From assembly GCA_964016885.1 (NCBI GenBank), contig OZ024741.1, positions 326,368,001-326,432,000 on the forward strand: DNA of 64,000 bases. Direction: 5' to 3'. Positions 1 to 14,399 of the stretch are shown piece after piece; the stretch's first letter is position 1; each line of letters opens with the position of its first letter. Made by a program: the position numbers and the translations under genes. The DNA comes from Eledone cirrhosa. Its lineage: Eukaryota. The notes below the pieces were generated by a model. That model was not told where the DNA came from. It searched no databases and saw nothing but the letters and a program-made list of their open reading frames with translations.

Positions 1-1275
1 CCTCTTATAGGTCTACTAGGGCAGAAACGTCTAAGGTCATGGCTGTCTAGGTAGTCAGTGTCGTAGGTAAGTCTAAGTAGGAGGCCCAGTTCGTCTGTGT
101 CGACGTCGCAAAAATCCACCTCACTCTCAATGATCATCTCAACACATCTCTTCACAACAAAATCAATGTTAATGGATGGGTACAGTGACACCACATCCAT
201 GCTGCCTATTATGCAGTTGGATAGGTTCCTGTTTTTGTTGCACTCACTGATTCTGCTGATGAGGTCCTCTGTACTGTCACATACATCTGGGGACATCTTG
301 ATTATGGGGCGTATAACCATTGAGAGGAAGTAGGAGACCCTGTAGTTACTAGCTATATTAGCTCCGCATACGGGTCATGTTGGTGGTCTTGTTGTCGGGT
401 CGTCGACTGTCTTGTGGTCTTTGCGGAGCCCATACAGGGGTGGTATGCCATTGTTAGACGCCTGGAAGTTGTTGGCAGTGCGTCTGCTTGGCTTTAGGAT
501 GTCAGTCCTCATCATCATGTGAGCGTTGAGAATTTTCTCTCTCCCATCGTGTGTTTGTTGTGCAATTTCGTTCGTGTTGGTGATGTGGGGTTGCATAGCC
601 TTGATGTAGTTCGGCATGCTATCTATTGACATCCTACCAGACTTATCCGTGGGTAGACATACTACCTCACCATCCCTTGTGCGCTTCTTGAAGCTAACCA
701 AGCCTTCTACAGGTTTCCTCCCAAGTTGTTGGGCCTCTGGTCTGCTCTGTCTCTTAGTATACCTGTCTACTATTTGTCTAATCTTATTTCTAGCTATGGA
801 GAACTGTGCCTCTGTCCCGTCATCTATTTGTTGTGGTATGCAAACACTTTTATTAAAGGGTAACCTCGTAGGATAGATATTACCCATCTTATATGTTTTG
901 TCAGCTGGGTTGAAAAATAGTTTCTCTAAGGGGTTGTCATTATATCTATCGTCATAGTTGTGTGTGTTGCTATTATTGTTATCATGGTGGTTGTTGTTGT
1001 TTCTATCATTAGCATTATTATTATTGTTATGATTACTAGATGTATTGTTGTTTACTTCACCGTTATTGTTGTTGTTACTGTTATTTCTACCATTGTGGTT
1101 GTTACTTTTATTATGTTTCTTGTTTTTGTTGTGTCTATCATTGATGTTGCTACATGTACTATTTCCATTATTACCACTGTGGTTATTGTTGTTGTTGTTC
1201 GTATTGTTACCGTTATTACTACTGTGGTCGCTGCTGCTGTGTCTGTGGTTAATGTTTCTATTATTATTATTATTG
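1..1275 (-). mobile_element. Penelope-like element RT fragment (Naiad/Chlamys-like), frameshifted, with Asn-rich N-terminal region; runs off window start
   Basis: Minus-strand translation gives PTDKSGR, PPLYGLRKDHK and, after a frameshift near 375, RPVCGA...IIGSMDVVSLYPSI (RT motif A), typical of PLE RT. Confidence 0.8.
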
Positions 1276-1652
1276 TGTCTTGCCATCTACAAAAAGATTA
1301 ACCCTATGGAGTGCAAAACGGAGCTGGAAAAGTGTTTCACAAAAATACGTTGGAATGCAAAGGTAAACAACAACAACAACAATAATAACTGTAGTAGTAT
1401 TATAACCAATAACTCTGAGTATAGAAATAATAGCCATAATAATAACAATAGCTGGAGAGTGAGAAATAGTAATAATGGTAATAATACTAACGATAGACAG
1501 AACAACAGCAACCACAATAATAATAATAATAGAAACATTAACCACAGACACAGCAGCAGCGACCACAGTAGTAATAACGGTAACAATACGAACAACAACA
1601 ACAATAACCACAGTGGTAATAATGGAAATAGTACATGTAGCAACATCAATGA
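1276..1652 (+). mobile_element. Inverted 5' segment of the same PLE
   Basis: About 1515-1652 is the reverse complement of about 1135-1272. The plus frame reads ...ECKTELEKCFTKIRWN then the same Asn-rich tract. Confidence 0.65.
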
Positions 1653-1694
1653 TATATATATATATATATATGTATATAGATGTAGCAACGTCAA

Positions 1695-1743
<49 letters not shown>

Positions 1744-1865
1744 CATATATATATATTGCGTCAACTAGGTGTTTCTTAAATGAGGAAGCGTTAGTATTGA
1801 GGTGTTCTTTTATTCTTATGTGGAGTGGTCTGGTGGTGCTACACACACAAAACCAGTTCTAACAC

Positions 1866-1950
1866 CTGATGACGCAATGAATTCTCGACAGTTGGATTAC
1901 GTAACTGTCTTTATCCCATTGCAGAAACTAATTAGTTGGAGTGAAAATTT
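1866..1950 (+). ncRNA. Truncated, decayed type I hammerhead ribozyme
   Basis: CTGATGA, stem II GCAATG/CATTGC with inner GACAGTT/AACTGTC hairpin, GAAA, palindromic CTAATTAG, then TT (likely TC before CpG decay). The 5' strand of stem I is lost at a junction. Confidence 0.45.
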
Positions 1951-2018
1951 AAGTAAGAAAGAAATTTTTTTTAAATTTAAAAAAAAAAAAAAAAAAAAAT
2001 ATTTTCTTATTTTACGTC

Positions 2019-3615
<1,597 letters not shown>

Positions 3616-3625
3616 GGTGTGTGTG

Positions 3626-3727
3626 AAGGCGTGTGGCTGAGTGGTTAGAGAATGGCATTCGCAATCGTGAGGTTGTGAGTTCGATGCGTTATGCCCTTGA
3701 GCAAGACATTTTATTTCACGTTGCTCC
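3626..3727 (+). mobile_element. tRNA-derived SINE fragment
   Basis: A box TGGCTGAGTGG, B box GAGTTCGATGC, followed by CCCTTGAGCAAGACATTTTATTTCACGTTGCTCC. Confidence 0.7.
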
Positions 3728-3845
3728 TTCTACCTGAAGTTGCGACCGTTAGATAGTATTAGCTATTGGAAAGACCAATGGAAACACTGTTTCCTCAGTC
3801 CGATTTGACGAAAGTCGATCGTTCCTTATATATATATATATATAT

Positions 3846-4253
3846 ATATAAGAAAGTAAGTCCATAGAATCATTTGATAAAATATATACAGTAGTTCACC
3901 TCCTAATCAGCATAATTAACAAAACAAAACATCAATTAAACGAGGCTATAATATTAAAATGTACCTATGAAGAAACAATAGATAAATAAATGATAGCTAT
4001 TCTATCCGCAATTAACAGCCACAGAAGATTTACCCATTATTTCTACGGGCTATTAGAAATAATGGGCAATCTTGTGTGGCTGTTGATCGCGGATAAAATA
4101 GCTATCATTGATTTATCTATTGTTTCTTCATTGGTACATTTTAATCTCATATCCTCGTTTAATTGATTTTTTGTGTGGTTAATTATGCTGATTAGAAGGA
4201 GAAATACTGTATATATTTTATCAAATGATTCTATGGACTTACTTTCTTATATA
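3846..4253. mobile_element. MITE-like palindromic element with about 200-bp arms, TA-flanked
   Basis: AGAAAGTAAGTCCATAGAATCATTTGATAAAATATATACAG... mirrored at the right end; centre near 4049. Confidence 0.75.
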
Positions 4254-4486
4254 TTGCTCTGATTGTTGATTATTTAATTAATTAATTCGTCATTGAACCA
4301 CACCGTGAATGGTTGCCAAAAACACACATATATATATCTATGGCTCTGTCTAGTTTATGTATATGTAAAGCTATATATTATATATATATATATATATAAG
4401 ACCTTCAATCTATAGACCTTGACAGAGATTGAACCCCAAGATCTCCTTCGTCCCTAACACCTAGCACTTCCAATGCAAGGGTGGTT

Positions 4487-4556
<70 letters not shown>

Positions 4557-4836
4557 CTTGCATTTTGAAATACGTATAAATAGTGGACAAATAAGGTTTA
4601 AGTAAGCAAAAAAACACGGATATAAATTGTGAAAAAATGTGATAAATCTATGTGGTCTGAGAAAGTGGGTATGTTTCGCAAGATTTTGTGTACCAGTCAA
4701 ATTTCAGGTTTTAAGTTAGGGGCAACGCAAAATAAGTACTAACCATTGAAAGGATACAGGCAAAAATGGCCGAAAAATCACAGCATGATAAACTGGAACC
4801 TTATGACCATAAACACATTAACTAAACCACCTCTAA

Positions 4837-5270
4837 CCCTTTAGTGTTCAAACGGCCGAAATTATTTCCCCATCATTTGTTCAAACCGCCCAAAACCGCC
4901 GTAACACCCACACTTAAATATCGTTCTAAAAATAAACAATACCGTCACCAAAATCTCGTTTATTCGAGATTACTGCGAGATTAGGCCCTTACCGCGAAAA
5001 TTAACAATTAATATAGTAAAACAAATTAAAACAACACGTGTTTTTTTAACGTTGAAAGTAGAACAGATTTTTGTTTGTATCAACATGGCTTATGAAAGTA
5101 GCAATACCGACTTTCAAGTTTTTACACACGATGACATTCAAAATGAACAAGAAACAAAAGATAATATTAGTGATTTATCTTCAAATGAATCAGATGTTTA
5201 CATTTCTGAAATTTCATCCGACGATGATTGTTGTTTTGAAAGTGAAAACGAAGATCGAACGTAAACTTGA
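4837..5270 (+). mobile_element. Possible 5' end of a piggyBac-like transposon
   Basis: TAA|CCCTTTAG start, then an acidic S/D/E-rich ORF (5052-5264) like piggyBac transposase N-termini. No catalytic domain present. Confidence 0.35.
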
Positions 5271-5329
5271 AAAGTAATCAGGTACTAATACAGTGTTAAT
5301 GTGAACTTCAATAGATAAGTCGTAGGGAG

Positions 5330-6070
5330 ATGCTTAAGGGGGCTACCTGCCACTTGGGCCCCCCACAATCGATGTACGCAAAAATAAAATAGCATACGGC
5401 GCGTAAGAGGACTTCAGAAACCTATGTATGAAATTTGGTGCAAATCGGTTGTAAAATGTAGAAATGCATGCGGTTACACAAACAGACAGACATCTTCTGT
5501 TTTATATATAGAGACTAGCAGAAAAACACTCGGGGGCGGTTTTCTGCTAGTCTATATATCTAAAACAGAGAATGTCTGTCTGTCTGTCAGCTCACTAAAA
5601 CTGGAGAACCATCCAACCGATTGTTTTCAAACTTTAGACATGTAATACTTATGGTCCTGTGAGTATTTTGAGCAAAAATTATTTCAAATTTTCAATGCCC
5701 TAGGGACCGCATTAGGCGATTTAGCGTTCTTTCTGTATAATTCTTAGTCTTTCTTTTTAGATATATACATAGATATAACGTTGCGCCCTTATAATATCTG
5801 TCTGTATGTCTGGCTGTCTACATTACGTCATTATGACGCGCTCAGCGCGATTCCATCGGCCTCAGTGACCAAAGTCAGTGGAGAGGGGAAGGTAATGTTT
5901 CTGTAGCACGTGTTTTAGCGTCTATTCACTCTCTCTCTCTCCCTCTCTCCCTCCCGCTATCCCCCTCTCGTAGTCTGTCTTTTTCTTTCACTCTCACTCT
6001 CTCTCTACGCACGTGTTTCCACTGTCGGACAGACACACAGAGAAATTGCTGGTTATATATATAAGTAGAT
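5330..6070. mobile_element. Cluster of non-autonomous Helitron pieces in both orientations
   Basis: Minus-strand TCTCTATATATAAAACAG 5' end at about 5515; hairpin plus CTAG at 5516-5550; plus-strand TCTATATATCTAAAACAG start at 5551; another minus-strand TC start near 6069. Confidence 0.6.
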
Positions 6071-6659
6071 TTTTCTCGTTCTGGTTTCTGTAAACAGTTT
6101 TAACCACGTATCTCACAATAATTCATGTATATCTATATTTATGAATTCTTCATTGTTCTACTTTTCGTCCTCATTCCAAAATGGAAGCTAGATTTTGCAA
6201 CAGAAGCGTTAAGGCGCCAGTCGAGATGTATTGTATATAATCCGGCTTTTACATACAGAGTTTAAATCCAGCCGGTTTCAAATTTGTTTTCATCCTTCCA
6301 GCATCGATAAACAACATACTACTCTAGAGTGCTGGTAGTGGCGTTAGAGCGTCAGAGAATATGCTTTTGGTAATTGGGTTCTGATTTTACATAATATAGT
6401 GACCGACATTGGCGGTAGACTTAATAGATCACCCTGGCTAATATCACAGCCTCGTCACTGAGCCGTATTAGCGGGATTCGCTCTGTTCCAAGTATTTCGG
6501 CGAGATCTTCATTGGGAGTATATCTGCCACAATCTTTCTTTTCCATCTGCCTTGCAAACATTAAGGGTGCACGTGCCTGTTAAATGCTCAGCAACGCAAC
6601 TTACACATCAATTGATCAGCAATCAATTCTGTTGATTGAATCAAATGGACGACAAATAA

Positions 6660-6835
6660 TCTATATATCTAAAACAGAGAATGTCTGTCTGTCTGACTCC
6701 CTAAAACTCGAGAACCACCCAACCGATTGTTTTCAAACTTTACACCATGTAATACTTATCGTCCTTTGAGTGTTTTTATCAAAAAAATATTTCAAATTTT
6801 AAATGCCCCAGGGACCGCATTAGGCTATTTAGCGA

Positions 6836-6867
<32 letters not shown>

Positions 6868-6938
6868 ATATAACGTTGCGCCCTTATAATATCTGTGTGT
6901 ATGTCTGGCTGTCTGCATTACTACATTATGACGCTATA

Positions 6939-7014
<76 letters not shown>

Positions 7015-7132
7015 GTGTGTAACGTTTTTCGAAATATTTACTTCTGCGTTCACAGATTGATTTTTTAGTTTCAGAAGATCCCGTATAGGTGAGAGCAGAG
7101 ATTCTTTGCTTAAACTTTACTCTGTTATTTTA

Positions 7133-7165
<33 letters not shown>

Positions 7166-7368
7166 CATATATGTATATATATATATGTATGTATAATATA
7201 TATATATATATATATATAATTATATATTCGTGTACAGATATTTTTGCATACACAATAATAAAATATAAACAAACGTATTTATTTCACGAGGCTCGATATA
7301 GATAAATATATATCTAATATATAAGAACCCTAGACCAAATCCCGAGCAACGCCGGGCCATTCTGCTAG
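6660..7368 (+). mobile_element. Non-autonomous Helitron with both ends
   Basis: A|TC 5' end, 3' hairpin CCCG-AGCAACGC-CGGG then CTAG|T. The first 270 bp or so match the copy starting at 5551. Confidence 0.8.
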
Positions 7369-8448
7369 TATAATATATTTTAACAGAAAACAGATATCAA
7401 ATGTCATCAAATAAGCCCCAAACGCGTCAAAAACAATCTTTCACTGTACAATTGTGAAATATATCTATACTTATAAATTTTACTTATTCTACTTTTCGTT
7501 CGCCTTTATCAATAATATACACTTCTACTAACTAAAGACTAATTTAATCCACTCCTTTGCGATGACAAGATAACATTTTTAGATTTCACACCATCCAGCA
7601 TTAACTGCTTCAGTTTTTCACCAAACAATTCTGTATCCTCCTCAATGACTCATTTTAATGTTTTGAGAGGTCTCAGCGTCTGTGTTTCAGATTAGTGGGC
7701 TGACATAGTATAAGGTTTGTAACAGGTTCATTTCTTCTCATGAGATAAACTGCAAGTTGAAGACCATGGTACGGATGGTATGGCTAACGGGTGGCAGGTT
7801 GCCGTAGAGAAATTTGTTTATTACTCTGTCGAGATATTCAATGTTTTTTTGTTTTTTTATCCTTCTATTATCGCTTATATTTCTCTTTCATAACATCTGC
7901 AGCATTGATTAATAAATGAAACGTGTTACTCTGGGTATACTAGATTTTAAGGTGAAGATACGTAAGCATTTGCAATCCATTATCTCCCAAGGTAAAAAAA
8001 GACGCATATCTTAATGAGTTAATGAGTGATTTCCGGATGAGAGTTAAAATCTCTGTCGTTCGCCGTTGTTTTTCCATTTACTTGGTCCTCAATGGAATCC
8101 CTAACTATTACAGGTTTGTGTAATTAAACGTGTAAACACTACCACTAATTGTTGGAAAACTTTATAATGCCACAGTAGCGATTCATGTTGTTGAATGTAA
8201 AAGAATCGTAAGGATGGTGAAATTTAATTGATACTAATTTCACGTTTAGAAACAGCGGCTACCGATCCGATCACTGAGAATGTCTTGTTTAAATTCTGAG
8301 ATAAAAAGAAAACAAAACCTGTTATTAACACCCTTTCTGTCTAATTTTACTTCAGTAAAGTAAGTCTTAGGAAATTAATCGATTTTATTCCAAGGAAAAT
8401 ATAGAAACAAATAAATTCAAAGTTTCAATGTTCAATGAATCATAATGA

Positions 8449-8519
<71 letters not shown>
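8449..8519. repeat. (TAC)n microsatellite
   Basis: Direct reading. Confidence 0.97.
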
Positions 8520-8526
8520 ATGGTTT

Positions 8527-8715
8527 TCATTTAGTCACAGGGCCAAAGAAAAATCCCCAATGGGTGACAGACTTTTTAGGAGTACTTGTAGAAAAACCCT
8601 TAAAAAAGCCACGGTAACTGTAATCACTAAGACAAGCGTCTAGTCTCAATTGTTTTCCTACATTGGAATGGTGCATACTTATAGCAGGCCCGTTCATTTG
8701 GAACATACTCACCAC
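8527..8715 (-). pseudogene. Possible decayed Ty3/Gypsy RT connection fragment
   Basis: KQLR...SYRGFFKGFST resembles the KQLRSFLG..YYRRFIKGFS motif. Confidence 0.35.
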
Positions 8716-10424
8716 TATCCACCATCATTCAATACATTTTCTTGAGGACATTACACCTCTCTCCATCCTTAATTACGTTTTCAAATGAAACCTGAACAAG
8801 TCTATGAGGGCTTGTAAAAAGAAGAAAGTAGATTGCCTACAGAAATAGCTTATCTTCACGGCGTGCCTACTGAATATTTTACTGTATCTATGTTGCTGGT
8901 GAAAATACATATCTATGAGATCTGAGAACTTCTTACTTAGTTTATATTTTACTTTGAGGGTGTAGTTGAGGTAAACCAGATTATTTTTCTAATTTTATTT
9001 TCCTTTTTAAGTGTGGGTGAGATGGCTATGTACTTAACATTGTCTTTAATGTCGCTATCTTGAATTGCTTTATTGTTATTGAATATATCCATGAGATCCC
9101 AAATAACTGCTAAAAATAAACCCTATGTAAATGTAGGATTCTCATGCAAGGTAAAGGAAGCCAACCCTCTACAGTAGAGCTGTAAAATCAAGTCTATTGT
9201 ATATGAGGCCGAAGTTACGCCTATCGCCACCACCCATGCAAAGAGCAATAAGAGATATATGGGTATGGTATAGGATAGTTTTAAACAACAACACTACTCA
9301 CATGTCTTTATGTAGGCATCTTGAAATGGATGGCCCTAACAAAAACAATCTTTCAGTTAAGCGATCAAAAGACTACCCAATAATACCATGGCACACGAGA
9401 TTGCGAGAGATGGCTGTAGTAACTTTATCTATGGGAATGGAAATGGACCTCTGTCGTTGTCAACGACGAGTATTACACTTGTTCATTTAACGGAAGCCGG
9501 ATCAAGAAATTAACGTATAATTGGCTGAGCATTCGACATATACATGTATGGACCCATAACATAATTCTTAGGGATATTCAGCGTGTTCAAAACCTGCTCC
9601 TTCGAATTACAGATGAAGTATATTCGTCGGGATGACAAACAGATTCCGTCAACCCAATTTTATTCACAAGACCTGGATCAACCCTAGTTGCCACGCAGTG
9701 GGATCGAACACAGGACCTAAGTTTTTTATACCAAGAGAATGTCTTAATCATTCAGTTATGTGACGTCTATACAGTTATATATACACACATACCAAAGAGC
9801 TGAAAAAAGATACACGGTCAACAAATGTTTTTTTCAGTTCGCTTATAAAATAAAAAGAAGAAAAATATAAGAAAAACATGGCGGGTGTAGTGCAAATAAA
9901 ATGTCATTATAGTGAATGCTTGTGAAATAAACGAGAACGAGACTTGGTGCACTGAAATGTTTTCACTGCGTTTTTCATTACACTGGTTTATAGTTGCAAA
10001 AAGAATAGATTTAATGATTTGTCGTAGTTTATTTTATAATATTTTCTAGCTATATATGTTCTGGAGAAACACATTACTTATGAGATTTTCACACATTCTA
10101 CTATTCTGTTTAGTTAACATACAGAATAAATTATGAATTATCCAAATCATATTTGTAACCTTAGTTTATTAAATTCAGTGTATACAATTGTGTTATCTCG
10201 TTAAAAGCTTTCACCTATATACACGCAGACACGCACTAACGAACATTCAAATATATATACAAACAAAAAAAAAGAAGTCTGCATTGCTTTATTGTACTAC
10301 AATAAAACTCACCTCCTACATATATATATATATATATATGTATTTATATATTTGTGGTAAGGTTGCTTATATGCGTCCATAGGCGGTATGCCGGTTGAGC
10401 ACTCTATGCTCCTACAGAGCAGAG

Positions 10425-10900
10425 TATAATAATATGGAAAACGAAAAATCAGTGATGCATCGAAACACAATTTATTAACATATTACAATTGTTTCTCCTG
10501 CGAACAGCTCGAGGTGCGATCTATTTGTGGATCGAACCTGACTCTGGATTCGCAAGTATTTAACATAAGGTACAGAACCAAATGTGCATCTTTGGCGTGT
10601 GCTGATATGACCCACACGATATAATAGTAATTAAAAGTACAATGTCGGATCCCATGGACCCACGCCGCCACCCCGGCTGACGTCTGCACCCACATATGGC
10701 TCTAGTTGGAGCTATCAGGGGGTTCCCATGCGAAGAGTGTGCACTTTCGTTGATGTCTGCATGCCATGATGATCTCCGATTTCAGGTTGACTGCGTCACC
10801 CTTTAATCTCACTATCTCCATGGCATCGGACAGGCAGAGCCTGCACTTCTCTTCTCTGACCGAGTATGTATTAGCACGTAGAACGTAATATGTAATTTGT
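10425..10900 (-). mobile_element. Decayed PLE 3' end (GIY-YIG tail plus pLTR); inverted pLTR copy at about 12863-12992
   Basis: Minus strand reads KCRLCLSDAMEIV...SEIIMACRH. About 10425-10557 is the reverse complement of about 12863-12992, which carries an HHR-like CTGAGGA...GAAA-CAATTG-TA. Confidence 0.55.
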
Positions 10901-11198
10901 TTATATATGGTTTGTACGTGGAGTATCTCAAGTTAACACCCTAAGCCAGCCTACTCAAGGTATATACGAGTCGGTGTCTATGTGCGTATATACTTCTATG
11001 TGTGCAAGAATACCACCAGGGACATGTATGCGCACACACACACACACGCACATTTGTGAGTGTCTGTAATTATATGCGTGTGCGCGTGTGCCTATGTCCG
11101 TGTGTCTTTACATGCGCATAAATGTGTGTGTATATATACATAAACCCGCGCATACCGAGGCACAAAAGCAAGCCTACTCATATATATATATATATATA

Positions 11199-11749
11199 TG
11201 TACGTCTGTATACATATATGTATGTACGTATACATACATACATACTTACATTTAAGTAAGTGCCGTACTAAGAGTGAGAAATGAAATTTAGTTTCATTCT
11301 ATTCCATTTATCGTTTTCGGTGCGCCCGGCCGACTAACTCACTCGATATGCAAATTAGGCTGCTCAGCCGTTAATATAGATAAGGAAAGTATATACTTTC
11401 AGACGTTCAACCATCTGGCAGGAAGGTATACGATGCTGAGGATAGCTAATAAGCTTGAAACTAGTACATCGTTCCTGTGTCACTGTTGAACAAAAGGGTG
11501 ATGTGGTTGCCTAAACACTGTACGGCGTAATTTTGGCTGTTTGTTTGTTTACTAACAAACCGATCAGTATAATAAATGTTCGGTAAACCGATACGTGCAT
11601 ATATATATGTGTGCATGTATGTATATATATACATACTACTGTACGTCTGTATACATATATGTATGTACGTATACATACATACATACTTACATTTAAGTAA
11701 CTGCCGTACTCAGAATGAGAAATGAAATTTCGTTTCATTCTATTTCATT

Positions 11750-11750
<1 letters not shown>
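11199..11750 (+). mobile_element. Retrozyme-like non-coding unit (about 441 nt plus about 110 nt terminal redundancy)
   Basis: 11199-11310 is repeated at 11640-11750. Contains an HHR and has no real ORF. Homologue at 49246-49701. Confidence 0.7.
11431..11471 (+). ncRNA. Minimal type I hammerhead ribozyme
   Basis: CGATG-CTGAGGA-T-AGCT aata AGCT-T-GAAA-CTAG-TA^-CATCG. Stem I extends via CAGGAA/TTCCTG; loop 3 is palindromic. Confidence 0.85.
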
Positions 11751-11781
<31 letters not shown>

Positions 11782-12261
11782 TAAATAAATATATATGAGT
11801 AGGCTTTGTTGTGTGCCTACGTACGCGCAGGTATATGTCTGTCTATATATGTGTGTATGTGTGTATGTGTATATAGGTGTATATGTATGAGTATATATAT
11901 ATATATATATATATGTGTATATATATAGATATATATATATGTATATATCTGGGTCCGTGTATGTGTAGATGTGTGGGTCCGTGTATGTATACGTATGGGA
12001 TGTGTATATATGTGTTTCTTATTTTTTCCATTTTCTTCTTCTTTCCTCTTTTTCTTTATCTATCTCTCCCTTTTTCTCCACGCTTTTCTCTCTCTCTCCG
12101 TTTTGTCTCCACGCTTTTCTCTCTCCGTCTTTTGTAATTGTCCTTAACACTAAGACTTACTAAAATAATATAAACAAACCACTATCCTGATGTCCTCCAA
12201 AAGTAATGGTCGCATTTTGAAAGGGTACGTCAATGCTTATTTGAAAAATTGAAATATATTG

Positions 12262-12326
12262 TATTTTGTCTGATGAAGGCATACCATAATTTAACTTGGT
12301 ATCCTTGAAATATGTATAATGAAATA
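12262..12326 (+). ncRNA. Type I HHR in a solo Hydra-like pLTR fragment (about 12050-12368)
   Basis: TATTTTGT-CTGATGA-AGG-C-ATACCA..TGGTAT-C-CTT-GAAA-TATGTA-TA^-ATGAAATA. Confidence 0.75.
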
Positions 12327-12365
12327 AATATGGTTTTATAAATATAGTTTCCATTTTTTAATATC

Positions 12366-12415
<50 letters not shown>

Positions 12416-13382
12416 CTGTGGGTCCGTGTATGTGTACATGTGTGCGTATATCTGTGTATGCATGTACCTATATATGAGGGTGTGAATATATGCATGTGTA
12501 CGTGTATGCGCACACGCATGAGCGTACGCCTGGGTGGGTGACCAGGAGCTCGGAATGCCTGTCTGTGTGTGAGCACACATATGTATGAGTGTGCTTGCGT
12601 CGGGCTACGGGCAAGCTAGGGGCAGGAAAGGCAGATCAGAAACCCATGCCAACGTAGCAGTAATTCTAGCGACAGAATTAAGGTGAGTGACAGGTCACGC
12701 CTGAATGGAAATGGTCAGTGGGCACTGTTAAATGGTCAAACATACAGATGACGTCTATAACTCTTGACCAATCGATGGGCCTCGCAAACAGGATGATTGC
12801 AGATGAAAGGAGTTCTTAAGGTCGGAGTCGAACATACAGATGATTTGCTTCGAAGTCTGAGGAACTTGCGAATTCAGAGTCAGGTTCGATCCAGAAATAG
12901 ATCGCACCTCGAGCTGTTCGCTGGAGAAACAATTGTAATACGTTAATAAATTGTGTTTCGATGCATCACTGATTCTTCGCTTTCCATATTATGTATATGT
13001 ATATATATACATGTATATATATATACACACACATATATATAGATATATATACACACACACATATATATATATACATATACACACATATACACACACACAC
13101 ACATATATATATATATAACGAAGGAGTTGTGGTAAGGAATCAGAGGGACCATAATGCACCAGAGTACTCAATTCTTAGAGTAATAGGAGAAGGTAAGACC
13201 CCGACGGCATAGCTCAAGCCGTTTCGACGGCTATTTCTGGACGAAAGTATATATATATATATATACATATATGGATATTTAAATAAATTTAAAGTAAAAG
13301 ACTAATTGTCAACAATATCTTTTGCATTTGCATTTATATTCTATATCCATACCTGCATTGTATTGGCCTTCCAACTCCAAAC

Positions 13383-13534
<152 letters not shown>

Positions 13535-13769
13535 TGCAAACTGTGCTAAGATTATTGCAATCGCTTTTCAGTTTATAGAGTTTGGTGCACTTTTAGGCTA
13601 CATCAGCCACACTAACCTGTAACATATCCTGAACAAGTAATGCCTGTGCTTTGAAGGTTTTTTTAAGTGAGGAAAGGCCTTGCACTCGATCAATCCCAGT
13701 CGTTAAGCATCGAACACACTACCCAAAAAGGAGAACTGGTCAACTTGAAGTGAAACATACCAATTTTTC

Positions 13770-13901
13770 TGGTGCTTGCTGAGGAGATAGAAATGCGGTA
13801 TTCTTTCACTTTTTCATTTTTCGAAACTTATTTGGATTTTAAGGTTTAAACCTGTCTACTGAACAGGTTCGATTTTGAAATTTAAATTTGTCCAAGCACC
13901 A
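13770..13901 (+). ncRNA. Type I HHR with long stem III, in a repeat spanning about 13745-14158
   Basis: 9-bp stem I TGGTGCTTG/CAAGCACCA, CTGAGGA, stem II GA..GAAATG/CATTTTTC, GAAAC, long hairpin capped by AACCTGT/ACAGGTT, then GTC^. Confidence 0.8.
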
Positions 13902-14154
13902 CGGCCATTTGCCAATATGCTTTGTTTTTATTGATTTATTATTTTAAATCGAGACAGGCAAACTGTATTATTATAATTAGTATTTTTCAATCTATCTAAC
14001 TTAGTCGTTTACAATACCAACATGGATATGTTGGTATTTGTGTTTATCAAATATATTAATTTATATTAGCTTGTATTACACGGCTCAGAAATACTTCTTT
14101 CTTTGAGCTATTTCATTGTAAAGGACTGCCTGAGTTTTGAACTCATTATTAATA

Positions 14155-14191
<37 letters not shown>

Positions 14192-14399
14192 TAGATGTGA
14201 TGGTTTGAAATGACCAATGGTGTTTTCTCCCTTTATGTTCTGAGTTGTAATACCTCCTGGACTGATTTTGACTTTCATCTCCAAAGAGGTAAACAGCATA
14301 TAATAAAGATAAGTTGTATATTAATTAGAAGAGACAGTGCAAAACAGACTTTAGTAATATCAATGTCTAAATCGTAAACAATTCTATTTCAAATAACAA

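Noticed and set aside
3626-3700. tRNA gene
   Set aside because: A and B boxes are present but there is no cloverleaf, and it continues into a SINE body. The same applies to the other SINE heads.
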